From positions 8,313 through 72,312 of the IMG/VR virus record IMGVR_UViG_3300049846_001597: DNA of 64,000 nucleotides; one strand, written 5' to 3'. The notes beneath the pieces are model-generated. The model ran no database searches. It was given only the letters and a program-made list of their open reading frames with translations, and had not been told where the DNA came from. The translations under genes and the position numbers were made by a program. Origin of the DNA: a virus. Shown here piece by piece: positions 52,922-63,130 of this stretch (its first letter is position 1; each line of letters starts with the position of its first letter).

Positions 52922-55906
52922 CTATGCCGGTTCTGCGCCGATGATCTTACCTTCATCATCACGCACGATGCGCTTGGGGCCGCTGCTGCGCTCAACCGCT
53001 TTCGCCATAGCCTTGATGGCTTCCGCCGTTGCGGATTGAGCTGAGGCTTGAGCTGAGGAGGACGCAGCGTTGGATGAGGCGGCGGCCTTCTTTTCCCCAT
53101 CCTTTTTGGCCGCAGCTGCGGCCTGCGCTTTGGCTTTCTCTTTGTCAGCCTTGATACGCTCCGCCTCTAGCGTGGCGTTGACCCTGATCTCCTCGGCTTG
53201 GAGCAGGCGATCTTTGTCGCCTTCGCGGGCGCTGTGCTCGCGCTCGGCCTTCTTGTCTTCGGCGTCTTGCACAATCTTACGCAGCTGGGCGAGAAGGTTA
53301 TCCTTCGACGTCGCTTGCTCGTGCGCTAAGCGCAAGCGCTCCAGCGTCGTCTTCTCCGCCTCGCGTGCGTGCGTTTCGCCGCGATCCGCTTCATCGACAG
53401 CGGCTTTGTGCGCCTCGATGTCTACGCGACGGCTCTCAATGTTGACCCGCTCCGATTCGAGCATGGCGTTGTGCTCGTTGAGCTGCATCGCCGCTTGCGC
53501 CTGCAGCTCAGCGGCGGCCACTTCACGCTCACGCAGCGCCAGCTCCTTGGCGCGAAATTGCGTTTCGGCCATCGCCGCTTGCGCCTTGGCTTGCTCGGCT
53601 TGGAGCCGCTGCTGGATTTCTTGCTGCTTGGTCGTTGCTTCCTGCATGCGGAGTTGCGGCTCCTGCGCCGCGCCTCCTACTTGCGCTTCCAACAACGCCG
53701 CTTCAGCATGCACCTTGCGTGCTTCGCCTTGCTCTAGATTGAGCTGCGCTTGGGCTTGCGCATCCATCATCGGGTTCGGCTTCGCCATCAGCTTCTCAGG
53801 CTCAGTCATGCGGCTATCGACAAACGCGCGCTTCAGCAGCTCCGCTTGATCGACGCCGGGGTTGCCCAAGAATTGGAGCGCAAATTGCAGCTTCGCCAGA
53901 CGCTGCGTCTCAGTCACCGCGCTCGGGTCGGCGACTGGACGGATGTCCATGTCAGAGAGATCGAAATCCTTGGCCGGATCGAACATCTCTTGTTGCGGCT
54001 GCTGCGGCATCTGCGCCGCAAGCGCCGCCTGCATCTGCGAGGGATCGAAACCCGGCGCGCCTTGTTGTGCGTTCTGTGCGCCCTGCGGGACCGGCAATTG
54101 GGATGGGTCTGATCCAACCGGCAAACCCATCCCAACGCCAGCGCCGGGTGAAGGAGAAACACCCGGCTGAGGCCCCCCGGCCCCAACTTGCCCCGCTGCA
54201 CCCTGAGAGGCTGGAGTAGGGAACGGCAGCACTTGACCCATCTGCGGCTGCGGTGCAGCTGGGCCTTGTTGCGGCGCGCCCACTTGCTCTGCGCCCGGCA
54301 AGTTAGTCGGCGCTTGGCCTGCGCCCGTGTCGTTGCCAAACTCCGGCAACGGCGGCTGCGCATCCAAGAATCGGTTGTAGTCTTCGACGCTGAGATAGCG
54401 TGCGTTGAGCCGATACAGCAACTCAAATTCGCGCGTCATCGAACGATAGATGCGCTTGTAGATTGCCGAGAACACCTGCAAGCCTTGTTCGATCAAAGCG
54501 AGCGTGGAGGTTGCGGGCTGCGTGCCGGGCGCGTCGCCTGTGAGCACGTCTTTAACGCTGGTGATGTCCTTGGCGGAGCCGATCAGAAACTCAAGCAGCG
54601 AGAAGAGTGTCGGGTTCGGCCCCGGAAACTCCATCATATACACAACGTCTTTGACGTTGTGTGCGCCGGGGATCATCTTGAGTTTATTGGGCTCAAGGTC
54701 AAGCTGACCCGAGCGGGTTTTCACCTGCGCGCCGAGGAAGCCGGTCATCGTGTTGGCGAGGTGGCCTGCGTCGATCAGCTCATTGATGGTGGTGTCGATC
54801 ACCGCCGAGATCGGCGCGAGCAGCTGCCCGAAACCCATGCCGTAGTAGTTGCCCTCAGGATCGGGCAGGAAGTTGTAGTCAATCCAGGGGATCACCCGCT
54901 TGATCGAGAGAATGTGTGGATAAGTTTGGCCGCTGGCTTGATCGAACGCCTCGACCACCTCGACATCTTCAATGTCGTACGCCGGGTCGATCCGCACCAC
55001 CTTGCCGGTGTCTTTGTGGACAGTGACGATGTAGGGCTCAGCGAGGTGATCTTCATCGAGGTCTTCGTAACGGCACTGTTCGAGGTAGTCGCACGGCTTC
55101 TGGCTGTCGCCGTCATCGTGCGGGTAATCGTGCTCCAGCCAAATCGGTTGCTCGCCGCGCGTCAGGCGCTGGACTTCGTAGGGGTACTTCTTGAGGATGT
55201 GGGTGATGCGCGGCGCAAGCTCCAAGCTCGGCGCATCACACGGCACGCACACATCGATGGCCGAAACGAAATCGAGACGCACGCGATTGAGCGTCGTGTC
55301 CCAATAGACTTTGCGGAAGCCGTGACCAACAGCGGGGAGGGCGTGCAGCAGCGTGTCGGTGCCGGGCTCCCATTCGGTGCAGCGGTACACCAGCTGATCG
55401 TTGGCGAAGGCCGCCGAACGCTGCGCGCGCTTGGTCTTCTCGCCCGCTGCATCGTCACCCACCACTTTGGCTTCGATCACTTCGTCGCCGCGCATCAGTT
55501 GCGGCGCTGCGCGCGCAGCGAATTGCATGCAGGCCGTGGTTAACAGCGGGTACTTGATATTTGAGGCGCCTTTGTAGGGCGTGTTCTTGGCTTCAGGTTT
55601 GCGCTGGGTCGCCGTCTTCAAATATTCCTTGGCGGCGTCGCGCCAGTCGCTGCGACTGGCTTCATCGATCTCAAACTCGCGCACGACATCGCGGCCAATG
55701 CGGTCGAGAAGCGCATCGTCGAGCAGCTCAGCGACGTTGCCGCCGTAGGCCAAGATCATCTCGACAGTGACTGGCGCGTCGCCGCCCACGTTTTGGCTTG
55801 GGTCGGCGTCGAGGAAAATTTCGTCGTAGGTCTGACCGAAGTCTTCGCCTGCTTGTGTGGCGACGGTGTTAGCGAGCCGCTTGCCGCCGCCTGAGGAGCG
55901 CGCCAT
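52922..55906 (-). CDS. Portal protein with long C-terminal coiled coil
   Basis: SRSDW; YPLLT.AC.QF.AR; G..FRKVY; YYG.GFG.LL; TLF.LL; LALIEQGL.VFSAIYKR. Confidence 0.9.
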   Translation of the reverse strand: MARSSGGGKRLANTVATQAGEDFGQTYDEIFLDADPSQNVGGDAPVTVEMILAYGGNVAELLDDALLDRIGRDVVREFEIDEASRSDWRDAAKEYLKTATQRKPEAKNTPYKGASNIKYPLLTTACMQFAARAAPQLMRGDEVIEAKVVGDDAAGEKTKRAQRSAAFANDQLVYRCTEWEPGTDTLLHALPAVGHGFRKVYWDTTLNRVRLDFVSAIDVCVPCDAPSLELAPRITHILKKYPYEVQRLTRGEQPIWLEHDYPHDDGDSQKPCDYLEQCRYEDLDEDHLAEPYIVTVHKDTGKVVRIDPAYDIEDVEVVEAFDQASGQTYPHILSIKRVIPWIDYNFLPDPEGNYYGMGFGQLLAPISAVIDTTINELIDAGHLANTMTGFLGAQVKTRSGQLDLEPNKLKMIPGAHNVKDVVYMMEFPGPNPTLFSLLEFLIGSAKDITSVKDVLTGDAPGTQPATSTLALIEQGLQVFSAIYKRIYRSMTREFELLYRLNARYLSVEDYNRFLDAQPPLPEFGNDTGAGQAPTNLPGAEQVGAPQQGPAAPQPQMGQVLPFPTPASQGAAGQVGAGGPQPGVSPSPGAGVGMGLPVGSDPSQLPVPQGAQNAQQGAPGFDPSQMQAALAAQMPQQPQQEMFDPAKDFDLSDMDIRPVADPSAVTETQRLAKLQFALQFLGNPGVDQAELLKRAFVDSRMTEPEKLMAKPNPMMDAQAQAQLNLEQGEARKVHAEAALLEAQVGGAAQEPQLRMQEATTKQQEIQQRLQAEQAKAQAAMAETQFRAKELALREREVAAAELQAQAAMQLNEHNAMLESERVNIESRRVDIEAHKAAVDEADRGETHAREAEKTTLERLRLAHEQATSKDNLLAQLRKIVQDAEDKKAEREHSAREGDKDRLLQAEEIRVNATLEAERIKADKEKAKAQAAAAAKKDGEKKAAASSNAASSSAQASAQSATAEAIKAMAKAVERSSGPKRIVRDDEGKIIGAEPA

Positions 55907-56232
55907 TAGAACGCCTCCGAGACTACCACGGCTGTTACTGAGCCAGAGAAGGCGGCGTTGGCGACGAGGGCGACGCTGGCGTTGCTCGGCACGTCCAGCG
56001 GCTCAAAGATCGAGTAGCCGGTGCCAGCCTCGTTGCCGTTGGTTTGCAGGTAGGTGGCGTCAATGGTATCGGCCACGTACTCGGTCGCGCTGCTTCTGAT
56101 CTTTATCACCACCAGCACCGCGCCAGCCGAGATCGTACCTGTCACGCCAATGAAAGCGCGCTCGCCTGGGGGCACGGAGACGAACTCGGTTTCCCCGGTC
56201 GCGGACGTGATTGAAGCTTCTGAATAGGCCAT
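55906..56232 (-). CDS. Small structural beta-sandwich protein
   Basis: Coupled to the portal gene. Confidence 0.55.
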   Translation of the reverse strand: MAYSEASITSATGETEFVSVPPGERAFIGVTGTISAGAVLVVIKIRSSATEYVADTIDATYLQTNGNEAGTGYSIFEPLDVPSNASVALVANAAFSGSVTAVVVSEAF

Positions 56233-56268
56233 ACTCTAAGGATACGCGGCAGAGCCTTGAGGCTGGGT

Positions 56269-59200
56269 TCACGACAGAACGATGCCGTAGATGACGTAGG
56301 TGGCCGTTGCCGTGCTGCCCTGCGCAGTCGTGAGGGAGAGAATGGGCGTCGCTGAAAGCGAGCCCGAGCCAGTCGTTTGTAGCGACACACCCTGACCTGT
56401 GCCTGCGGTGTTGGTCGCGCCCGTGTAAACTTGCGACGCCGCTGCGATGATGCTCCCGGTCTTGCCTGCGCCAGTATAGACGCCACCAGCCGCAGTCGTC
56501 AGGCTCGTGGACGCCGAGTGAACACGAATGAGCGTAATGAGGTAGTTTGAGAACGTGCCAATCTTGGTGAAATTCTGATCCGACGTTGAGTTCATGTCGG
56601 CAGTCAACGTAAAGAGCTGCCTGAATATGCCCACGTCGATGACATTTGCGGGCGTCAGCAGCTTGGTCGTGTTGGTGGTGTCGCGTGCATTTGCTTGAGA
56701 CGCGGGGAGGGCTTCAAACTGATCGCGAACAGCGTTCTTCGACGGCGCAACGCCAGTAACGCCGTTCCATGACGTCGCGTCGTACGCCGTGTCTGAAACA
56801 AACGTATCGGCCAAGCCAGATGCGCCGCCAGACCACACGATATGGCCGCCACTGTCAGCAATCGTGCCAAGCCAACCAAACACACGCACGTTGAGAGCTT
56901 CCCCGCTATCAACCGTCAGTGTGTAACCCTGACCGCCGCCAAAGATCGACGTACGCACGGTGTAGTTGGTGGATGTGCCATCGTGAATTTTGACGTTGCC
57001 AATAACGCCATGCAGCTCGACATCCGCCGAGCGGTACACCGACCAATCCGTATCGGTGTTGCTGACGCACTTCCCGCCAAAGACCTTGGTGCGGTCGCTG
57101 TCGGTATCGATCTCGACACCGCGCACTGTATTGAGGGTGGCATAGACGCCGTGTAGCTCGCCATCCTTGCTGTCGTACCAATCGACGCCAGAGATGCCGT
57201 TTGAGTTAGCGACCGGGCCATAGAGCTTGCAGCGGTCGCCATTGTTTTGCTGGTAGCCGTGGCCGAGCGTATTGGAGTTGGTGATGGGCGCGAAGCCAAT
57301 CACATCATCAGAGTCAACAACCATGAAGCCTGCGCCAGCGTAGGCCGTGCAGTTGCCGTTGGCGATAACGCCATTGTGCCGCCAGCGATGTGAGCTTGCA
57401 GCGAGTAGCACAGCAGCGCGCGTGCATGCTGAACCCGTGAGCGTGACGATGCGTCCATCGGTGTGGCCAGAGGAGAGGACGCCATCGCCACACGTGTCTA
57501 CTGTGACGTTGAAGAGGCGCGCGCCGGAGCCGCCCGTCAAGCTAATTGCGCGGCCCGTTGGGCTGCCGCTAAACGAGGCGTAGAGGTTTTTGCCGGTGAT
57601 GTTGATAAACACCGGCTTGACCGGGTTGACGAGCGAGATGCCTTCTTGGTTGATCGGGCTATCGGTCTGGAAGCCCTCCATCGAGAAGTTCTCAAACACC
57701 AAGCCGGTCTTGGCCGATGCAGCCCGCAAGCAATAGGTCGAGCCAGACTTGCGCTTGAGGATAGTGACGTTCTCGCCCGCGCCGCGCAGGTGAGTGTAGT
57801 CGCGCAGGTTATCGACATCGACGACATACGTGCCGGGCGGAATGTCCACACAGAGGTTCGCTGTGATCGCAGCCTCAAACGCTGCGGTGTCGTCGGTCGC
57901 GCCATCACCAACTGCGCCAAAGTCCCTGACGTTGGCTGACGATGCAAACGGCACGACTGTTTCGTTCAGCGTGTAGAGGGCAGTGGCAGCGCGGCGCACG
58001 CGATTGCGGAGCACATAGTTGACTGTGCCTGAGCCCGATGCAGCCAGCACGCCGTGCTTGCCGTTCGTGCCGCAATCAATGAAGTTGTCGTTGACGTAGT
58101 TGCGGCGTGGCAGATAGGTCGTGCCGCCATTGGCGTTGAAGCGCACGCCAGCGGTTTCGTTGGCCGAGAACGTGCCGTCAGGGTCGATGTCGTAAATGTA
58201 GTTGCCGAAGACGAGATTGTCGGCGGTGTCTTGTGTGGCCGATGACGAGCCATCGATGTCAACGCCAGAGAGGCCGCAGCGACGCAGGAAGTTGTCATTG
58301 ATCGTGTTGCGTGATGCGCCATGCACGAGCTTGATGCCGAAATAGTAGCACTTGTCGATGTCGTTAGTGGCGACAATGCCATTGCAGCTCGCAAGATCGA
58401 TGCCCTCGCCAACGTTATAGATGCGGTTGCCGATCATGCGAATGTGCGTGGCTGTGGCTTTGACTGTGTTGATGCCGTCCGTCTGATAGCCGAAGCTCGT
58501 AACGAAGCTCGCGCCGCAGGTCAGGTCGTGAATGTTGTTGTGCGAGCAATCGATATAGCTTGAGGCCGTATCGTCGTTGTCGAACTCGATGCCGGAGATT
58601 TGGCCAGTGCTCGCGCTGTCTGTGGCGCAGTCGTGAATGTGGTTGTGCGAGACTGAACCGTTCGCGCAAGCACCCAGGTAAAGGACACCCAAAGCTTTGG
58701 TGAAGTTCCAGGCTTCGGTGTATTCGATGGTAACGTTAGTGCAGGAGCGGAACGCGACCGCTTTAACATAGCGGTCGTCGGTCTGCGCTTGATATTTGAT
58801 GCGGACACCACGGCAAACCGGGCGATCAATAGCCGAGGCATAGACGCCGACTGCGGTTGTGCCGTAGCGCGTGCCTGAACCCGAGGTTGTGTTGTTAAAA
58901 CCCACCGTGCTCATAATGAGCGTCGCGCTGCCATCGCCCCAAATGCCGGTGCCAGCAACCGTGATGTTGAGGCGCTGGGAGATGAAGTAGCTTTTGTTCG
59001 ACAACGGCTCCCAAATGTAGCCCGCCGTCAGCAGCGCTTGAATGGCGGTGGTGTCATCAGTCGTGCCATCGCCCACTGCGCCATAGTCTTCGGCGTGACG
59101 CTTATAGAAGCGGCCAATGTCGGTTTGCTTCCAGACGCCGGACGTGAGGCGAAAGCTCGCTTGCGGCACGAGCGCGTTGAGCATGATGTTGCCGCCGCCG

Positions 59201-59496
59201 AGCGTGTCGATGGTGGCGTTATCGGCAATGGTGATATTGGTCCCGCCCCAATACACCGTGATCGTCTGGCCATCGACGCCATCGTCAAAGTTGGTGATTG
59301 TGGTTGAGCCAGCGGTGATGAACTTGGAATTGTCCAGCACCGAGGGGGTCGCGTCGCCGTTCGCAAACGTGCTGGCGACGTCGCCCAGGTTGATGCTGTT
59401 CTGGAGATCGCGCAGCCACCGATCCACGCTCTTGGTGGTTGAGCCGCCACGGGCTCGGGCTAGGCGTTTGGAGACGTCGCGGGCAAGAACTGACAT
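56269..59496 (-). CDS. Tailspike with two pectin-lyase-like beta-helix modules
   Basis: DYGAVGDG.TDDT.AIQ and DFGAVGDG.TDDT.AF; Asn/Gly ladder repeats. Confidence 0.85.
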   Translation of the reverse strand: MSVLARDVSKRLARARGGSTTKSVDRWLRDLQNSINLGDVASTFANGDATPSVLDNSKFITAGSTTITNFDDGVDGQTITVYWGGTNITIADNATIDTLGGGNIMLNALVPQASFRLTSGVWKQTDIGRFYKRHAEDYGAVGDGTTDDTTAIQALLTAGYIWEPLSNKSYFISQRLNITVAGTGIWGDGSATLIMSTVGFNNTTSGSGTRYGTTAVGVYASAIDRPVCRGVRIKYQAQTDDRYVKAVAFRSCTNVTIEYTEAWNFTKALGVLYLGACANGSVSHNHIHDCATDSASTGQISGIEFDNDDTASSYIDCSHNNIHDLTCGASFVTSFGYQTDGINTVKATATHIRMIGNRIYNVGEGIDLASCNGIVATNDIDKCYYFGIKLVHGASRNTINDNFLRRCGLSGVDIDGSSSATQDTADNLVFGNYIYDIDPDGTFSANETAGVRFNANGGTTYLPRRNYVNDNFIDCGTNGKHGVLAASGSGTVNYVLRNRVRRAATALYTLNETVVPFASSANVRDFGAVGDGATDDTAAFEAAITANLCVDIPPGTYVVDVDNLRDYTHLRGAGENVTILKRKSGSTYCLRAASAKTGLVFENFSMEGFQTDSPINQEGISLVNPVKPVFINITGKNLYASFSGSPTGRAISLTGGSGARLFNVTVDTCGDGVLSSGHTDGRIVTLTGSACTRAAVLLAASSHRWRHNGVIANGNCTAYAGAGFMVVDSDDVIGFAPITNSNTLGHGYQQNNGDRCKLYGPVANSNGISGVDWYDSKDGELHGVYATLNTVRGVEIDTDSDRTKVFGGKCVSNTDTDWSVYRSADVELHGVIGNVKIHDGTSTNYTVRTSIFGGGQGYTLTVDSGEALNVRVFGWLGTIADSGGHIVWSGGASGLADTFVSDTAYDATSWNGVTGVAPSKNAVRDQFEALPASQANARDTTNTTKLLTPANVIDVGIFRQLFTLTADMNSTSDQNFTKIGTFSNYLITLIRVHSASTSLTTAAGGVYTGAGKTGSIIAAASQVYTGATNTAGTGQGVSLQTTGSGSLSATPILSLTTAQGSTATATYVIYGIVLS

Positions 59497-59814
59497 GCCC
59501 GCATTATCGCGCGTGCGATCAGCGCGATGGGCTTAGAGGGCGTCGGCCCCTCATAGGAAGTGCAGCCCAATCAGCGCCAGGATCAGGAACGCGAGGATGA
59601 CCAACGCACCGAGGTAACCGTCGCGGGTCATTCTTCAATCAGCTCCGCATGCCCATCGGGATAGATGGTGATCTGACAGGGCGTGATCTCGCCGCCGATC
59701 TCAAGGCCATTGATGACGTAGATGTTGCGTGGATCGGTGTGGGCTACAAGTATGACATAGGGATGCGCCTGCGTTTGGACCGTCACATGGTAGCGGCCCA
59801 AGCGGGCGTAGGGA

Positions 59815-61317
59815 TCAGTAGCCTGTCCAGCTATTGGCCGAGCGGCGTCTGTCGTCGTAGTCGTAATCGTCATAATCAAGCGGCTCCGTGTCCGCGAATC
59901 GGAGCATCATCATCGCGTAGCGCGTAGCCGATAACAAGTCGTCGTCGCGCGCGACGATCTTGACCACAGAGGGGTCGGACTTCATCGGCGCGCGGTGATA
60001 CATGCGGAACTCTTCAAACCACTCGACATTCTGGCTGAAGACCTTGAGGCGGCCCGTACGCATACGGTCGAGCATCATGGTGACGCCAGCCTCAAGCCCG
60101 TTGCCGCCATCAGGGAAGGTGGCGCGCTCGCCCAGCATGCTCAAACCCTGTTCGGCGTATTGGGGCGCTAAGCTCTCGCCTGAACCCTTGTCGTGCTGAA
60201 GCCCGTCATGCGGCCACGAGACTGGCGCCCAGCTGCAATCGACCCAAGAGCGAATAGCAGCGGCGTGCTGCACCGGGGTTTGTTCGCGCACGCGGATCGT
60301 CTTCACCACGTAGACGACATCGGCGTCGTGATCGTAGGCGATATGAACGGCGGCGAACGGGTGGTCCCAGCCGAAGTCGATGCCGATGATGTGCTTCCAG
60401 TGGCGCGGGATTTGAAACGGCTTCACCGTGATCGTCTCTTCATCCACCGGGAAGACTTGGCCCTTGCCCATGAGCGGGATGCCCTGAGCGCGGGCTTTGC
60501 GCTCGTGTGGCGGATAAGAGGCGATGATCGCTGCTCGCTCCTCAGGCGAATAATGGAGCGCGTCATCGATGGTCATTTTGATGACCGTGTGCCGCTGGGC
60601 CGCGAGCGGGTCAATATTCGCTTCATCTTTGGAAATAAAGCGACGCACAACTTGGGACATGCCCAGCAGAGGCGTGAAGGTGATGAAGACCATGCCGCCC
60701 GTGGCGTTGGTGCGGGTCAAGGCTTCCGTGTAGATGTCGGGCGGCGGCTCCTCATCCATCCAGATGAAGTGCAGCGTGTCGCCCTGCCATTTCTCGCGAC
60801 CGCGCTCATAAGACTTGAAGAGGAGGGTGGAGGTGCCGCCCGAGACGTGCCTGACGGTTACGCTGTCGAGCGCATTTGGAACCCCCCGCGCGCTGGTGTA
60901 ATCAACGATACAGTCGCCGGGGATGGCGCCGGTGCCGAAGTTCTCCTCCTGCTCGGGCGGACCAACCAGCAACTTCTGCACCGTGTCGCGCGTCGTCTCT
61001 GATGTGACGCCGCCCGCCCAGCAGCGCACCGGATGGTCGAAGCGTCGGCCCCTCCACCAATCGGGATAGCGCCCGGTCAGATGGATGGCCGTCTCCGCTG
61101 CGCCCGAAAACGTCTTGCCAAGCTGGTTGCCCGCCATGAACAGGCGCTCGCGATACTTGAGGCCCGCGTTGTGGAAGTCGCGTTGCTTGGGGTAGGGCGC
61201 ATAGCACGCCAGCTGATTGCGTTTGGCGCGGCGCTGCCGCTCCGCCAGCAGCTTGGCGAACTCCTCCTTCATCGCACGGACTTGGAGGGCTACCGGATCG
61301 TCCGCCCCATCGGCCAT
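59815..61317 (-). CDS. terL: Terminase large subunit
   Basis: AGNQLGKT Walker A, WMDEEP Walker B, TFTPL.G, GIDFGWDHP nuclease, DDLLSATRY. Confidence 0.95.
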   Translation of the reverse strand: MADGADDPVALQVRAMKEEFAKLLAERQRRAKRNQLACYAPYPKQRDFHNAGLKYRERLFMAGNQLGKTFSGAAETAIHLTGRYPDWWRGRRFDHPVRCWAGGVTSETTRDTVQKLLVGPPEQEENFGTGAIPGDCIVDYTSARGVPNALDSVTVRHVSGGTSTLLFKSYERGREKWQGDTLHFIWMDEEPPPDIYTEALTRTNATGGMVFITFTPLLGMSQVVRRFISKDEANIDPLAAQRHTVIKMTIDDALHYSPEERAAIIASYPPHERKARAQGIPLMGKGQVFPVDEETITVKPFQIPRHWKHIIGIDFGWDHPFAAVHIAYDHDADVVYVVKTIRVREQTPVQHAAAIRSWVDCSWAPVSWPHDGLQHDKGSGESLAPQYAEQGLSMLGERATFPDGGNGLEAGVTMMLDRMRTGRLKVFSQNVEWFEEFRMYHRAPMKSDPSVVKIVARDDDLLSATRYAMMMLRFADTEPLDYDDYDYDDRRRSANSWTGY

Positions 61318-61956
61318 TTAGTTGGCTTTGGTGGTCGGCTGTAGGATCGTGAGCGCCGCCGACAGTTGGCTGGACATCTCGGCCAGCTTCTTGTCCAGCG
61401 CCTCGTCGGTCAGCTCAGCGAACTCAGAGACGCGCACGTCCACTTGCTGCGGCAGCACCTTGATTGCGCCGTTGAAATACACATCCGGCTTATTCTCAAA
61501 GACCCACTGGATCGCGGCCCGGCCATTCTCTAGCCAGTGCGAGTAGAAGTCCGAGAAGAACTCTTCAGCGATCTTATTGCGCGAGCCCTTGGGGCGACCC
61601 GGCCCAGGTTTGCCGCCCTTTACAAAACGCGGGCGCTCATCTGGCTCGATGGTGACGAGAACAGCGTCACCGAGGTCTTCCTCGGTCGGCCCACAGGTGG
61701 TGTCATCCTCATCGGGGATGTCGTGGACCTCTTCGGGAATATCGCTCTCTATAGGCTCGTTAGGCGCATCGTGGCTAACTTGCGGTAGACCCTTGGTGTT
61801 CACTCCTTGGCTGCGCATGAGCCACTCGTGGGCTTTAGCGCTATCGCCTGGGGCTGAGCTGGTCTTGGTCTTCGGTGTCTTTGAGGGCGACGCTTTCTTA
61901 GCGTTGGTCTTACTGACCGTGGGCTTCTTGAGCGACGCCACTTTCTTCGTGGCCAT
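61318..61956 (-). CDS. terS: Terminase small subunit
   Basis: F.KG..PGPGRPKGSRNK; immediately upstream of terL. Confidence 0.75.
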   Translation of the reverse strand: MATKKVASLKKPTVSKTNAKKASPSKTPKTKTSSAPGDSAKAHEWLMRSQGVNTKGLPQVSHDAPNEPIESDIPEEVHDIPDEDDTTCGPTEEDLGDAVLVTIEPDERPRFVKGGKPGPGRPKGSRNKIAEEFFSDFYSHWLENGRAAIQWVFENKPDVYFNGAIKVLPQQVDVRVSEFAELTDEALDKKLAEMSSQLSAALTILQPTTKAN

Positions 61957-62142
61957 TGGTCTTCTCCGTGTCGCTTAGAATAAGCGGGGAGAAGTTGATG
62001 CTGGGTTTATGGGTTGGGATCGCGGCTCATGGCTTTTTTGATGCGCGCGGCCACCATTGGCCCATACACATCTTCAAGCCACCCAATGTAATCATCTTCC
62101 AGCGCAGCGCGGTTACGCTCGGCTACGGAAGACGCCACCACA

Positions 62143-62634
62143 TTAGCCTTCTCCACTCCGATTACGCCGCCTGATCGCTTCCATCTCTCTGACGAGACGC
62201 GAGAGCGAGCGGGGGCCGGAGAGCTTGCGATAAGGAGCGTGCGAGCGGGCGCGTCCAGCTTCGTCGCTCATGGCGGCCAAGCGAATGAGCGCGTGATAAG
62301 TAGCGAGCTTGGCGCGCTCCGCCTCAAGCAGCTGCTTGCGATTGACGAGCCGCGTCCAGGGCATCGGCGTCCAGGCCATGTCGCCATAGACGTCATCGGC
62401 CATATCGGCTGAGGAGCCCTCAAGGCGTTGACCCACTGGATCGACATCGTTCAGCATGCCGATCTCGTTGGCCGGGACATCGCGGCCCGTGCGCCAATCG
62501 TCTGGATCGGGCGTGAAGCTAAAAGCGTCGCGGCGGTTGAGGTGCGGCAACGAGCCATCCGGCATCGATTGCAAAGCGATGTTGCGCTCCAGCGTGCGGA
62601 GCAGAGCCTGACGGAGGGAGGGTAGGCGCGCCAC
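62143..62634 (-). CDS. Hypothetical protein with the LRxAL N-terminal motif
   Basis: MARLPSLRQALLRTLE; coupled ORF. Confidence 0.6.
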   Translation of the reverse strand: MARLPSLRQALLRTLERNIALQSMPDGSLPHLNRRDAFSFTPDPDDWRTGRDVPANEIGMLNDVDPVGQRLEGSSADMADDVYGDMAWTPMPWTRLVNRKQLLEAERAKLATYHALIRLAAMSDEAGRARSHAPYRKLSGPRSLSRLVREMEAIRRRNRSGEG

Positions 62635-62816
62635 TAGTCAAACCAATGCTTCGGCAGCTTACGCTCCATGCCGCCGATATGGCGAGCGTGGACGCGGCGG
62701 CCTGTGGCCTTCAATATCGTCCATTCGGCTTTGACAAACAAGCCGGGCTTCTTGGCCGCATCGTCAATACGCCAGTCAGTCGGCGGCGCGTCGGGCTTCT
62801 CTCTTACCTCGCTCAT
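62634..62816 (-). CDS. Hypothetical protein
   Basis: Coupled ORF. Confidence 0.5.
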   Translation of the reverse strand: MSEVREKPDAPPTDWRIDDAAKKPGLFVKAEWTILKATGRRVHARHIGGMERKLPKHWFD

Positions 62817-63130
62817 TGCGCCAGCAGCCTCATCAACTCAAGCCGCGCACGCTGGTCGCCCAAGATCGCGCCACGGCGACGGGCGGCGCGGATGTCAGTG
62901 GCTGGGCTGATATTGATCGCGCGCTGGGGCGCAGGCGACGGCGCATGATAGCGCGTACGCGGCTGCATGCGCGACCATGCGGGCTCGTTGATGTCGAGTT
63001 CGCCCGAGGGCGGGATCACCACGTTTTGCGCGGGCCGCATCACCGGCACATCCGTCATGCTCTGCCCGTAGCGATTGCGCTGCGGCAGCCGCTCCTCCAT
63101 AGCGGCGCGACGGACAAAGCGAATGTCCAT
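62813..63130 (-). CDS. Hypothetical Arg/Pro-rich protein
   Basis: Coupled ORF. Confidence 0.5.
   Translation of the reverse strand: MDIRFVRRAAMEERLPQRNRYGQSMTDVPVMRPAQNVVIPPSGELDINEPAWSRMQPRTRYHAPSPAPQRAINISPATDIRAARRRGAILGDQRARLELMRLLAQ

Noticed and set aside
54188-55543. Long plus-strand ORFs opposite structural genes (also 27225..28157, 23927..24808, 40754..41539, 60193..61002)
   Set aside because: Antisense shadows of real genes in GC-rich DNA; no RBS or recognisable motifs
62007-63130. 62007..62141 (ERNRAALED) and 62813..63130 (RFVRRAAMEE), also 36721..36930 (PHLLRQFW), as tag-family members
   Set aside because: Match too weak to count by eye; left as possible members pending motif statistics
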